Shown: positions 25,750 through 38,278 of the stretch, in pieces
Layout: each line of letters opens with the position of its first letter
Position numbering within the stretch: the first letter of the stretch is position 1
NCBI RefSeq assembly: GCF_037042905.1
Contig: NC_087250.1
Coordinates: 28,150,001-28,214,000, forward strand
Length of the DNA: 64,000 nucleotides
Source of the DNA: Lytechinus pictus
Taxonomy: Eukaryota
Direction: 5' to 3'
The notes under the pieces: model-generated
The model's input: the letters and a program-made list of their open reading frames with translations, nothing else
What the model was told of the DNA's origin: nothing
The model's database searches: none
Position numbers and translations under genes: made by a program

Positions 25750-26990
25750 TGTGAAATTTGACATATACGGGTATTTTGGGGCGCTGATTTCAAAAATTGC
25801 CGGCCCCAAGCGATTTTACCATTCGGCCGGCGGCAAAATGGCCGCCATTTTGAAATCCAAGATGGCCGCCATGATATATTATTGCAATCATTTTCTCGAC
25901 TTTTATATGAACTGCGGTATTGATATTTGGCATATAAGCTTAATTTGGGGTGCTAATTTCGAATATTGCCGGCCCCAAGTGATTTGACCATCGGGTCGGC
26001 CGCCATTTTGAAATCCAAGATGGCCGCCATGAAAAATCATTAAATGTCATTTTCTTTAGTTTTACATGGCATGTGACACTGAAAATTGGCATATAGGGGT
26101 ATTTTGAGGCACTGATTTCAAATATTGCGGGCCCACAGCAATTTGACCATTCGGCCGGCGGCAAAATGACCGCCATTTTGAAATCCAAGATGGCCGCCAT
26201 GATATATTATTGCAATCATTTTCTCGACTTTTGTATGAACTGCGGTATTGATATTTGGCATACAGGCTTAATTTGGGGTGCTAATTTCGAATATTGCCGG
26301 CCCCATGTGATTTGACCATCGGGTCGGCCGCCATTTTGAAATCCAAGATGGCCGCCATGAGAAATCATTAAATGTCATTTTCTTGAGTTTTACATGACAT
26401 GTGACACTGAAATTTGGCATAGGCCTAGGCCCTATAGGGGTATTTAAAGCACTGATTTCAAATATTGCCGGCCCCCAGCAATTTGACCATTTGGTTGGCA
26501 GCAAAATGGCCGCCATCTTGAAATCCAAGATGGCCGCCATGAAATATCGTTGCAATCATTTTCTCGAGTTTTATATGAACTGCGGTATTGAAATTTGGCA
26601 TATAGGCTTAATTTTGGGCGCTGATTACAAATATTGCCGGCCTCAAGCGATTTGACCATCGGGTCAGCCGCCATTTGAAATCAAAGATGTCCGCCATGAA
26701 AAATCATTGAACTAATTTTCTTGAATTTTACATATGTGCCACTAAAATTTGTAGTATATGGGTATCTGGGTGCGTTGATTAAAACAAATGCTGGCTCCAA
26801 GGAATCTGACAATTGGTCGGCGGAAAAATGGCCGTCATCTTGAAATCCAAGCTGGCTGCCATGGAAATATTGCAATTATTTCGTTGAGTTTTATATGATC
26901 TGCGGCATTGCACTTTGACATATAGAAGTAGTGTGGGGAGCTTATTTCAAATATTGCTGGCCCTCAGCGATCTGATCAAATGAGTCAGGG
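25750..26990 (+). repeat. Tandem array of alternating ~170/~190-bp subunits rich in GCCGCCATTTTG / CAAGATGGCCGCC
   Basis: cgccattttgaaatccaagatggccgccatga recurs at ~25842, 26001, 26171, 26329, 26510, 26669 and 26832. Confidence 0.9.
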
Positions 26991-28049
26991 TTATACGGGC
27001 GTAATTACAACTGGCAGGCCAAAGATATTCATTCGAGCAAACCCATTCTAAATTTTTAATTTTGATATTGCTGATTTTCAAAAATGAATATGGTTGATAA
27101 TCTTACACTGATTTTAGGGAGGGTAACTTTACTGAACTTGCTTTTTTCAAATTGGGAAGAATATCACCACTTTGGAACTATTTTTATACTGGCGGAAGAA
27201 GTATTGCCATTTTACTGTCTCAAGCCATGAATTTGATCCTGTCAGGTGTAGTCTTCATAAATGCCGATTTATTTTTAAAATGAGTTGCTCGAGGTACGCA
27301 CATGTACATAATACCAATTTACAATGTCACATGAAATGTATAGCTCAGGAAAGATATTTCATAATAGCCATCCTAGATTTCAAAGTGGCGGCCATTTTCA
27401 GCTGACCTGGTGGATCAATCAATGGGGCAGCAATATTCTAAAACCAGCAGGCCAAAACCTGCCTGTACATGTATGTCTAAAATGCAGTGCCTCAAATTAT
27501 TTAAAACTCAAGAAAATAATTTGGATTTTAGAGAAAAAGAACAGGAGAGCAAGGAAGAGAGGAGAAAAAGGCAAAAATAGAAGAAATGAAAAAACACAAT
27601 TGGTAGATGTTAGACTGCCATATAAAAAATAAAATCATTGATTTTAGAAGAAAACAGATAGCTCTTAAAGAATGAAAGGCAAAGTAAAACTCTTCGTCAG
27701 TCTGTGGCATGTGTGAGAAAGAGAAATCAAAATACAATTGGTTATAATTAATGAAGATCTTATAAGATGGATAAAATAAAAATAAAATATTGTTATGCCC
27801 AAATTTATAATTGATTAATTTTGTATAATCAACAATACCCTACCCAATTCAGTGTAAAATCTTGGATAGTGTCATCATTATTATTATTATTCTATTTATT
27901 TATTTATTTATGTATTTTTTGTTGGGGGGGGGGGGGGTTAGGTTTTAAATTTTCCAATCGCTAAGACACCCTGTGCATCCAACCAATTGCTTTGAGAACA
28001 AAGCAATTGCTTTGAGAACAAAGTCAATTAGTTATAAACGCCATGTAAA

Positions 28050-28740
28050 TCAAATGGTTTTCGTAACATTCCTGGTACACCAAATGGCTGGCTGTGGACC
28101 AAATGCCTACTTAGACCAATTAGGTACGGACCAAACGCCTGGTAGATCAATTTTTTTTTGTTACATTCCTGGTAGACCAAATGCCTACTTAGACCAATTA
28201 GTTACGGACCAAATGCATAGTAGACCAAATGGTTTTTGTAACATTCCTCGTAGACCAAATGGTTGTGGACCAAATGAATTGACTACTTAGACCAAATGGT
28301 TGTGGACCAGACGCCTAGAAGACCAAATGCTTGTGGACCAAACGCATATAGACCAAATAGTTTTGTATCAATGCCTAGTAGACCAAATGGTCGTGGACTA
28401 AACGCCTAGTAGACCGAATACTTGTAGACCAAACGCCTAGTAGACCAGTGGTTTTGAAACAACGTCTAGTAGACCAAATGCTTATGGACCAAACACCTAG
28501 TAGACCAAATGGTTGTGGACCAAACGCCTAGTAGACCAAATGGTTGTGGACCAAACGCCTATTAGACCAAATGGTTTTGTAACAACGCCTAGTAGACCAA
28601 ATGGTTGTGGACCAAACGCCTAGTAGACCAAATGGTTTTGTAACAAATGCCTAGTAGACCAAATGGTTATGGACCAAACGGTCAGTAGACCAAATGGTTT
28701 TGGACAAAATGGATAGTAAACCAAGTGGTTGTAGACCATG
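28050..28740 (+). repeat. Minisatellite, 31-33-bp unit (agtagaccaaatggttgtggaccaaacgcct)
   Basis: About 20 head-to-tail units without unique spacers. Confidence 0.9.
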
Positions 28741-29725
28741 AAGTTGAGAGTCCTGCGCAGCCTGTCCAATATTATAATAGTTTACCAACCGTGCAGATAT
28801 ACCTTTCTGCCTGGTTAAATTAACACAATTTCCCTCTGTAACAGGGTGTATCTGCAGATAGACCCCGTTTGCCTGATAAAATAAACATATTATCTGCCAT
28901 CATTTAATCTGGCAAAAAGGTCTATGTGCAGATAGACCCTTTTGCCAGATTACAGCCAATTTTTATAGGGTCTATGTGCAGATAGACCCTTTTGCCAGAT
29001 AAATATCACTGTCTTTGCTCCCGAGATTAATCTGGCAAAAGGGTCTATCTGCATCAAATTGGATCTTACAAGAAAAGTAAAGGGATTAAAATAACAAAAA
29101 GGGCCTAAAAATAATTTTTCAAAGATAAACTAAGTGATAGAATAGAGTCCACCAGCTAAAATTAACTCTCAAGTATTCTACAAGTAAATTAAATGCTCAA
29201 ACTTCAAAGCTGATTTTCTCAGAAAGTTTTTCGAGGGCGAATGTGCAGATAGACCCTTTTGCCAGATTAGGGCCGAGGCCCTTGCGGTATTATGCACAAT
29301 GTGAATGGGAACAAATCATTTAACAGAATTTGGCTTTGCTTGGCCAAATGGTGATGTATGAGTAAAATATTGTCTGAAAACATGACTTAAAACAAAATAT
29401 ATCATATCTTATGTAATTTAGTTGATAAATACTGTATTTCAACATTCAAAATGGCTGCCATATGCCCTTTTTGTGAACATTAGTTGTCTCCACTCAAATT
29501 GTATATTATACGATAAGGGCCTATGGTGGCCATTTTCAATTTAAAAATGAGCATTTATAACCTTAATTGCACAACATTATGATATGTCTCTTTAGAAACC
29601 ATGGTTTTAGACAACAATTCACCCTTACATCACAATATATATGCAATATTTAGAGTCAAGCAAAGCGAAATTCTATCAAAATGATATGTCCCATGTTACA
29701 ATGCACACAATACTTTTAGGACCTA

Positions 29726-30202
29726 CACTGTAAAAAAATATATGGCTCAGTAGTTAATACTTAATGAATATAAGTAGAATTTATAATTTGTAATTATTTT
29801 TCATTTTTTAAAAAGTAGTTTTCACTTGTCTTTTAATTTACTTGATTTATTTGGGTTCAATATACATTTAAGGAAATTCACGTATTGCTGGCTTGTTTTG
29901 ATTGAGTAAATCTAACTCAATTATGCAAAGATGATTATTACTTATAAATTCTTGTTGAATGTACCTATGTTTTTCAATTAACGCCTTATTTAAATAATGC
30001 ATGAATATTCATTAGACATGTCAGAGCAAGTAAATGTTTGGGTTTTATTTTTAATAACTGTCATATCTATTTGTGTCTGAATTTTTTTCGGATAAGGGTG
30101 TGGTAACTATTGTATTCTTTTGTTGAATCAAAGAAAGAGCAACATTGAATAGTCATTTAGCAGAAAATTTATTGAGTAATTTCAACTATTTTTTTTACAG
30201 TG
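29726..30202. mobile_element. EnSpm/CACTA-like non-autonomous element
   Basis: ta|cactgtaaaaaaa ... tttttttacagtg|ta; 2-bp TSD TA; removal restores cctatggcagct of the host array. Confidence 0.8.
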
Positions 30203-31491
30203 TATGGCAGCTATTTTGGATTTCAAAGTACAGCATTTATTACCTTCACGACCAATATGTAATGTATTTAGTTAGAAATCATGTTTCAGACAATATTTTT
30301 ACTCGTACATCAGTTATATACATTTTATGATTCTCACTCATGTGAAAATTATTTTCCCTGTTCGCATGTTACATAATTTAGTTAGGGCTTGTAGAAGTTA
30401 TTTTGAATGTCAAAATACAGTATTCATCACCTATATGCAGAAGAAATGCTATAATTTATATAAAAAATAATATGTTTTCAAATAATATTTACTCATACAA
30501 CAAGATTATCTGGATATCATAGTCAAGCAAATCCAAATTCTTACAATACAATATGTCCCCATTCACATTGTAGATAATAATGTTTGGGCCTATAGGACCC
30601 ATTTTGAATTTCATAATACAGCATTTATCTCATGCATGACAAAAGAAATGATATGTATTGTCAGGCAATGTTTTACTCGTAGGTCACAATTACATGCATT
30701 TTATGTTTCTTACTCGTGTGAAAATTAGTTTCTCCATTCGCATTGTACATGATAGATATAAGGCCTATTGGCGTCAATTTTGAATTTCAAAATACAGCAT
30801 TTAACAAAAATGGCATTATAACTATTATATTTTAGTCAGTATTTCACTCGTTTATCTTTAGTATGAATTTTAAATTTTAGTGCTCACTCTTGTCATTTTT
30901 TTATTTATTTATTTATTTATTTTTTTTTTTTGGGGAGGGGGGCCTGGCCATTGTCATTGTGCATAATAGTCTTTGGGCCAGTGGTGGCTATTTTAGACAT
31001 CAAAATACAGCAATGTTCCCATATATGACATAATAAATGATATATCTCGTTAGTAATGATGATTTGCATATATTACTTCGTTCATTCATCGCGGTTTTTG
31101 CAGTTTAGTGCTCATTTTTGTTAAAATTAGTTTTCCCTATTCATATTGTACATAACAGAGTATACAATGGCTTATGGCGGCAATTTTGAATATCATGAAA
31201 AGAAACATTTGTCAAAAATTATTTTTTCAGAGAGTGTTTCACTCCTGCAACACAATTTCATGTATTTCATAGCCTATGTGCGGACAATTTTATGAGTTTC
31301 ATGGGTAATTTGCATATTTTGGCGGCCATATTGGATTTTGCCGATTTGCGGAATATGCTCAAGGTTACACGAGTGGCATCATCCAGATTCATAATCAGCA
31401 CCCTCGAATTGACAAGAAACTATCAATAATATTGTATGTATAAAAAAAAAACAAGGTTTGGTCAAGTTTCCATGGGGCCTATCCTGGACTA

Positions 31492-31888
31492 AACGTATTT
31501 AGTTCAAAGTCTGCTTATATGTATACACAACTATAAATTAATTGGCACCTGAATATCTTAATAATACCATCAAATTATACACACCCTCTCGTAATCTTCA
31601 TTCAATCACTGACACATGCAGACTTTGCATTCCCTTGTCAAAACTCTCCTCTGCCGAAAAAAGTTTTGCTGTAGCAGCTGCCAAGACTTGGAATGCTATC
31701 CCTCTTTCAATAAGAAATCCTTCCAGTGTTCTTGGCTTCAAATTTTCCCTTACCTTTTTCCTCAATAATTAATTTCCCTTTTATCTTGAATATTGTAGTA
31801 AATATTGCAAATGCTAATTTGTTATTCATACATTGTACGCGCTATGGTACTTTTTGTTTTAGCGCCTCTAAATATCCATTATTATTAT

Positions 31889-31926
<38 letters not shown>

Positions 31927-31927
31927 T
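31492..31927 (+). mobile_element. L2-type LINE 3' fragment with (ATT)n tail
   Basis: APEYLN..YTPSRNLHS...SFAVAAAKTWNAIPLSIR; 3' end cgctat...tagcg stem, then (att)n. Confidence 0.8.
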
Positions 31928-33146
31928 CCATTGTCCACAACTTGATGTTATGTTGGTATATTAAACAGCAACCGGACTTCTTCCAGAAATCTAGGGTTAT
32001 TGTTCTATATTCTATCAAATGGGTCCTCTTATCATTGCTCACTTCTCTTTCTAATTCAAGACCTTCCGTAAGATATGAGCTGTTCCAAGCAAGCTTGCCT
32101 TCTGTATCGTTTCAAAGGACACCTCGACTCCTAGAACAGCCAGAAAGCTTCTGTGTCTTGTTGTCACTGTTCCTATAAAGGCTCCGATGACTATTGGTAC
32201 CTCCTTCGTCTTCACCTTCCATATCCTTCTCAGCTCCCATGCCAGATCGTTATACTTCTGTATCTTTTCCTCCTCTTTACGCCAAGCTCTGCAGTCTCCC
32301 GGAATCGCAATATCTATGATGAGACATTCCTTTTCCTTCTTCTTTAAGAGAACGATGTCTGGTCGTCTAGCTTCAATGACCTTGTCTGTCTGGATATTAA
32401 AATCCCATAAAAGTTTTACATCGTCGTTCTCTACTACAAGCTCTGCCCGATGTTCGTACCATTTTTCCGCATGGGGTAAATGGTACTTCTTGGCTAGACC
32501 CCAATGAACTGCAGCTGCTACTCTGTCGTGCCTTCCTTTGTACTCTGTCTGTGCCATTTTGCTGCATTCACTCACCAGATGAGACACCGTTTCGTCTTTG
32601 TCATGACACATTCTACATGAGGGAGATGTATGCTCCTTTTCAACTTTGGCTCTTCGGCAATTTGTTCTAATTGCTTGGTCCTGAGCAGCAACTAGCATAC
32701 TTTCCGTCTCCTTCTTTAAACTTCCTCGTTTCAGCCACTGCCAACTCTCTGGGCCAGCAAACTCCTCTGTCTGTCTTAAATGCTGCCCGTGCATCACCTT
32801 CTCTTTCCATCCTTCCAGTCTCATTTTCCTTTGATCAGCCTTCAGCTGTTTCGCTGTCACATCCTTTCCTTTCCTCATCGACTCTTTGACTGCCGTCATG
32901 ATGGTATCCATCTGGCCTTCAATATAGCAGTATAGGCTTTGTTCCTCATATCTTAAAGTCTCCTCTATTCCAGCCAGACCACGTCCTCCCTTCTCTCTTG
33001 ACACATAAAGTATATCTACATCAGACTTTGGGTGAAACATCCCATGCATAGTTAGCAACTTCCTTGTCTTCCTGTCCAGGGTTTCGAGTTCAAGCTTGTT
33101 CCATTCAACTATGCCAGCAGCATATCTCACTAGGGCTACTGCCCAA
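31928..33146 (-). mobile_element. 5'-truncated R4/Dong-clade non-LTR retrotransposon inserted in (TAA)n
   Basis: Flanked on both sides by (tta)n (31880-31927 and 33146-33208); carries the RLE-type ORF listed next. Confidence 0.85.
32051..33145 (-). CDS. R4/Dong ORF C-terminus: RT thumb, CCHC knuckle, restriction-like endonuclease (partial)
   Basis: WAVALVRYAAG..., CRMC-x-ETVSHLVSEC, RHD, RPDIVL, IIDIAIP, EEEKIQKY; open to the stop at 32051. Confidence 0.85.
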   Translation of the reverse strand, partial: WAVALVRYAAGIVEWNKLELETLDRKTRKLLTMHGMFHPKSDVDILYVSREKGGRGLAGIEETLRYEEQSLYCYIEGQMDTIMTAVKESMRKGKDVTAKQLKADQRKMRLEGWKEKVMHGQHLRQTEEFAGPESWQWLKRGSLKKETESMLVAAQDQAIRTNCRRAKVEKEHTSPSCRMCHDKDETVSHLVSECSKMAQTEYKGRHDRVAAAVHWGLAKKYHLPHAEKWYEHRAELVVENDDVKLLWDFNIQTDKVIEARRPDIVLLKKKEKECLIIDIAIPGDCRAWRKEEEKIQKYNDLAWELRRIWKVKTKEVPIVIGAFIGTVTTRHRSFLAVLGVEVSFETIQKASLLGTAHILRKVLN

Positions 33147-33149
33147 TTA

Positions 33150-33201
<52 letters not shown>

Positions 33202-33683
33202 CATTATTAGCAGCAGCATCAGCAGAAGCACTGTACATTCACTGTTACCTTGTATAAACTGTATGTAGGTCATGCTGGATTCATCAAGATTTTGTATGTT
33301 GTGGTGCACAGATTCGCTTTGTAGACATAGTCTTTAAAACCCAGCCCCAATTATTTTCAAACTTTTGTTTACATCTCCAAAGTTTTAAAATAGATATGAT
33401 ACTTTGAAACTTTTAGGACTGTATTTTTAACTGTAAGCATAATGTTTTGCCAATATTTAAGAATCAAAATGAGAACCTTTCAAATCATAACAAAGTGAAA
33501 TTATTACTTTAAAAGGTTTGAAATTGATCAATTTGATGGATTTGAAATAGGATTTTAATTGATTAATTCATTTATTAATATTTCTAAGTGTCCATACATG
33601 GTCACTTGTAAATGTTCGTTTTATTTGTATTAAGTAGTAAAATAATAAAACTAAAAGTTATGAACCTGATTGTGACAAAACTC

Positions 33684-34228
33684 CCCGGGGGGCAACTTAC
33701 ATTGACCAGTGGATACCATGCGCGACCAAAAAAACACACGTAAAAATGATGTCTTTTTCACGATAGGGCACGTTACGTACGTAACGTGATAAGGGTGTCA
33801 AAAACACAAAAATAATGAAAAAAGGGTATCTATCTCGCTAGGAAAATTACGTGTTTATGGTCGAAATCGCGGGGATGATAAAACAAAATTAAAATGTTTT
33901 ATGAACGACGTCCTTTTTGCCCCAAAACTTCGTGTTTAGAGTCTGATTTGCGCGAGGTGTAGAAGGTGGGGTCGTACTAAACCAAATAAGGTAAAGCTGA
34001 CGACCGAAGGACCCGTAACAATAAAACATTCCCGTACTTGTTTAGGGATTCATTTCAGGGAATATTTGCCAAGAGTATCGTTTTGTTATTAAGGGTAGGG
34101 TTTCACACGCCAATACTTGTTAAGGGGCGCATTTTCAGAATATGGAAATTACGTGTTTAGGGTGCTTTTCGAGACCCCGTGGTCGCGCATGGTATCCACT
34201 CGTGAATGGAAGTGCCCCCCCCCCCGGG
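33684..34228. mobile_element. MITE with CCCGGG ends and 8-bp TSD
   Basis: TSD caaaactc (33676-33683 / 34229-34236); inner inverted repeat agtggataccatgcgcgacc / ggtcgcgcatggtatccact. Confidence 0.85.
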
Positions 34229-35203
34229 CAAAACTCAAATGATTAAACCTTTTATCTCTTTTATCATGAGATTATCAAAGATTACCCCATCCGCCTAAAA
34301 ACAAAAATCTCACACCTTTTTACACAAATTCCTATTTATTTTTTTCTCACAGGCTGACACAACTTACTAGTTTTGTTTTATGAAAAAGAAATTTATCAAA
34401 ACTATTTCCTTGAAGAAAAAAAATCAGATTTTTTTTTCTTATTATTAGTATCAGTATTATTATTGTTATTATTATTATTATTAGTAGTAGTAGTATAAAT
34501 ATCATCATCAACATCACTATTATCATCATCATCATTATCATAATCATTATTATACAATATTATTTTTACTGTTTAGGTCCACAATGAAAAAAATGCATCA
34601 TATAAATAAACATTGATGCAAAGTCTTTTAACACAACAATGAACATAAACAGGAAATATAATGTGCAACAAGACGATGCTGACAAAAAAATAAAAACAGG
34701 TACGAAAATTAAGTATGAGCAAAACGTTATTGAACAAAATATAAGATAGCATGCTTGATACAACTATTTACGTAGTTTACGATTTTTTTTGCTTGTGATA
34801 TGTAATGAAATAACGCGGGCTTCAAGAGAGAGAATTTGCAAATTCTAAAAATGCTAACAATTTTCTCTCTTCAAGAAAAATTCAAAACTAAGGAATGATA
34901 CAGTAATCCATTTATAAATGAATGAATGAACGAATAAATGCCTGTAAATGAACCAGTGATGAATTAATCGATTAGGCTACTTAATGTGTAGATGAATGAA
35001 AAATACATGAAAATAATTATAAATTTACCTCGATGAATTCGAAATGGATCTCTTCTCTGTAAGCGGGCCCGTGGATCTCTAATATACGAGGAACCTTATG
35101 AAATGATAGGAGACACCGCAGTATGAGTTGTTATTAATGGTGTTTTTTTAATAAAAAATGAGAGTATTTATGATATGAAGAAGCTGGCATCCTCTTTAGA
35201 AAG

Positions 35204-35240
35204 CGTCACGTGACGGTGAGATAACTTATACGCATGCGCT
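35204..35240. promoter_or_regulatory. Candidate promoter motifs: palindromic E-box CGTCACGTGACG and NRF1-like CGCATGCG
   Basis: Motifs at 35204-35215 and 35231-35238; no linked gene identified. Confidence 0.3.
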
Positions 35241-35496
35241 TTATTTCCCTTTCCCATCGTTCTCTTAAACATACGCACTCCGCTCTGTCTTTATTATGTC
35301 TACAAGTCAGTTTAATACAAGACTTTTAGAATAATGTTTTTCCTTAATCGTCTTCATACCTATTCTTTATATGTATCCCCATCTTATCCTGGCTCCCCAT
35401 TCTATTTTAATTTGACTGTTGTATTTCAAATAACATACCTTAGCCCATGCGCCAACTAATTCTGTTTCAATATCTTGATTTATCAAATAATAAATA

Positions 35497-35500
35497 CATA

Positions 35501-35556
<56 letters not shown>

Positions 35557-36162
35557 TACATGTATCTTTGAGTTCCATCATATTTAATCCTCCTTAGTTG
35601 TAAATATTGCCATCGTTTTGTTAAGCATTTTAATAGATCTAGATATATTTATTCTATTTTTTTAATAATAAAATGAAATGGATTTCAAATCAAATAACAT
35701 CTTATATTAGAGAGGAAAAAATCCCTTTAATGTAACTGTGTTTTAACTGCATTTATATTTGTAAGCGAAGGTTTCAATTGGAAATTGTTGAATAATAAAT
35801 TATTTCAAATAATTTCTTTATTGGTGTATATTGAAAGTTAAAAAATTGTGAAAATTATTCACTGTGAATGTCAAAAATGCTCAGTTGCAAAATCTAGTTC
35901 TAGTCATATCTAATTGCGCTACTAAACTATTACAAATGTATTTGGCGTGTTTGGTGTGCTTTTTTTAATAGCAAGTGTATAACATACTAGGCCCTAACGG
36001 TAAATTAGTCTTGCCCCCTGTCTCATAAAAAAAAACAATCAGAACTGAGTAAGCGCGCGCACAAACTCGTTTTTGGAATGTTAATTCCATATTCTTTTTG
36101 TGTTCAACAAATTTTTACCACAGCATTAATTTTGTCACATTTGTATTTTTTAATATACATAT

Positions 36163-36237
<75 letters not shown>

Positions 36238-36835
36238 CTTTGAGTTCCATCATATTTAATCCTCCTTAGTTGTAAATATTGCCATCGTTTTGTTAAGCAT
36301 TTTAATAGATCTAGATATATTTATTCTATTTTTTTAATAATAAAATGAAATGGATTTCAAATCAAATAACATCTTATATTAGAGAGGAAAAAATCCCTTT
36401 AATGTAACTGTGTTTTAACTGCATTTATATTTGTAAGCGAAGGTTTCAATTGGAAATTGTTGAATAATAAATTATTTCAAATAATTTCTTTATTGGTGTA
36501 TATTGAAAGTTGAAAAATTGTGAAAATTATTCACTGTGAATGTCAAAAATGCTCAGTTGCAAAATCTAGTTCTAGTCATATCTAATTGCGCTACTAAACT
36601 ATTACAAATGTATTTGGCGTGTTTGGTGTGCTTTTTTTTAATAGCAAGTGTATAACATACTAGGCCCTAACGGTAAATTAGTCTTGCCCCCTGTCTCATA
36701 AAAAAAAACAATCAGAACTGAGTAAGCGCGCGCACAAACTCGTTTTTGGAATGTTAATTCCATATTCTTTTTGTGTTCAACAAATTTTACCACAGCATTA
36801 ATTTTGTCACATTTGTATTTTTTAATATACATATT
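35497..36835 (+). repeat. Recent tandem duplication, period 672 bp, each unit headed by (TA)n
   Basis: 35561-36160 matches 36233-36835 with only a few differences. Confidence 0.95.
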
Positions 36836-36889
36836 GTTTTATCAAGTAGACCTCCTGATTTGTTTGTAGATCTGTGTTAATAGTATATT

Positions 36890-37510
36890 TTAAATAGTAT
36901 GTTTTTTTAAACAATACATTTCCAGACCCATAAGAAAGTTAATAATTATAAGAATAAAGAACTATGTTAATAAAAGATTTATCATTATAATTATATAGAC
37001 TGACGTACGAAAGTATTTTTTCTCGCATCGCTTTTATGCTGAATATCTTCCTCAACTCTAAAGAGTGGTTGTCTTATACTTTGATAAACGAATGAAGAAT
37101 AATGATGGAATAAAGACAATGTCTTTTTAAAATATATTTCCAGACCCATAAGAAAGTTAAAGTTAATATTTATATAAATCAAGAACTTTGTTAATAAAAG
37201 ATTTATCATTATAATTATATAGAATGACGTGTGAAAGTGTTTTATCGCATCGTTTTTATGCTCAACATCTTCCTCAACTCTAAAGAGTAGTTGTCTTATA
37301 CTTTGATAAACGAATGAAGAATAATGATGGAATAAAGATAATGTATTTTTAAAATATATTTCCAGACCATAAGAAAGTTAAAGTTAATATTTATATAAAT
37401 CAAGAAATTTGTTAATAAAAGATTTATCATTATAATTATATAGACTGACGTGTGAAAGTGTTTTATCGCATCGTTTTTATGCTGAACTTGTACTTTGATT
37501 GACAAATGAA
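36890..37510 (+). repeat. Tandem repeat, ~220-bp unit, about 2.7 copies
   Basis: ccagac(c)cataagaaagttaa at 36921, 37140 and 37362. Confidence 0.9.
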
Positions 37511-38107
37511 GAATATTTTAATGAAAACACGTTTGATCGTCAGCTTTTAGAGTAATTTTGTTTAATTTGAATTTACATTCATTCATATCCAATAATGGGT
37601 ACCAGTAAGGATTTTATCTCAATTTAAGGCATTGTTTTCATTGCTATTTTTAGGAGCGAGGAAATGAATATTACAATTTAATCAGGCGTTATCATTAACT
37701 CAGTAAATACAAGTCAAATCGGAAATACTTTTTTTTTTTTTTTTTTATCATTATTTGGCCGACAGAAAGCCCTTTGAAGCATCAACCGTAATCGTCATTC
37801 TTTTAAATATAAAAAGCAAATAATATTCTTTGTCTCTCAATTTGCCACAGATGATGCTAATTTCATGCTTTGATTGTCCATCCATCACTTTCCGAGCATG
37901 AAGTTAGGTGAAAACCAATTTTATGGATCGATTAATAATTTATATGATTTCAAAGGATAAATTGATCATTGTTGTATTTGACGACGGTTCTTAAAGGTTG
38001 AATACCTTTCAACTGAGGACAATGCAAGGCAAAAGGTTTAGGTGGCATTATTACAGAGTGGATTAACAGAAGACACGGAGATAATCACTTGGTCCCCTAA
38101 TTTTGTC

Positions 38108-38205
38108 AAAAATCTATATGGTCTCTCATATCGAATAACTTAGTAGGACCACATCTAAAAATCTATATGGTCTCTCATATCGAATAACTTAGTAGGACCA
38201 CATCT
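38108..38205 (+). repeat. ~49-bp tandem duplication
   Basis: aaaaatctatatggtctctcatatcgaataacttagtaggaccacatct occurs twice. Confidence 0.9.
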
Positions 38206-38278
38206 CTTCAAAATAAATCGCAGACCTTGTTTTATGTAAATCATAAGTATTTGTCAATATGTTTTACACAATTGTATC

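Larger units (their letters stand above)
25387..29275. mobile_element. Non-autonomous TIR DNA transposon with 4-bp TSD (Sola-like, tentative)
   Basis: TIR cggccctaatctggcaaaagggtctatctgca, perfect at both ends; TSD aggc (25383-25386 / 29276-29279); the subterminal motif is repeated several times at each end. Confidence 0.8.
24861..31490. repeat. Highly degenerate ~185-bp tandem array that switches orientation near 29500, ending in a TAGTCC-type terminus
   Basis: aaaatggc(t/c)gcca units at 24981, 25180, 25370 and 29448; reverse-orientation units from 29525 to 31190; ends ...ggggcctatcctggacta at ~31491. Confidence 0.6.

Noticed and set aside
25751..26875. Repeated MAAILDFKMA / WRPSWISKW ORFs
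   Set aside because: Translations of the tandem array, interrupted by stops in every frame.
28050..28740. 31-33-bp repeats resembling a CRISPR array
   Set aside because: Units are head-to-tail with no unique spacers, there are no cas genes, and the context is eukaryotic; it is a minisatellite.
33146..33238. Poly-Asn N-terminus of the 395-aa ORF
   Set aside because: It is the flanking (TAA)n microsatellite read in frame; homology starts at the Trp codon at 33145.
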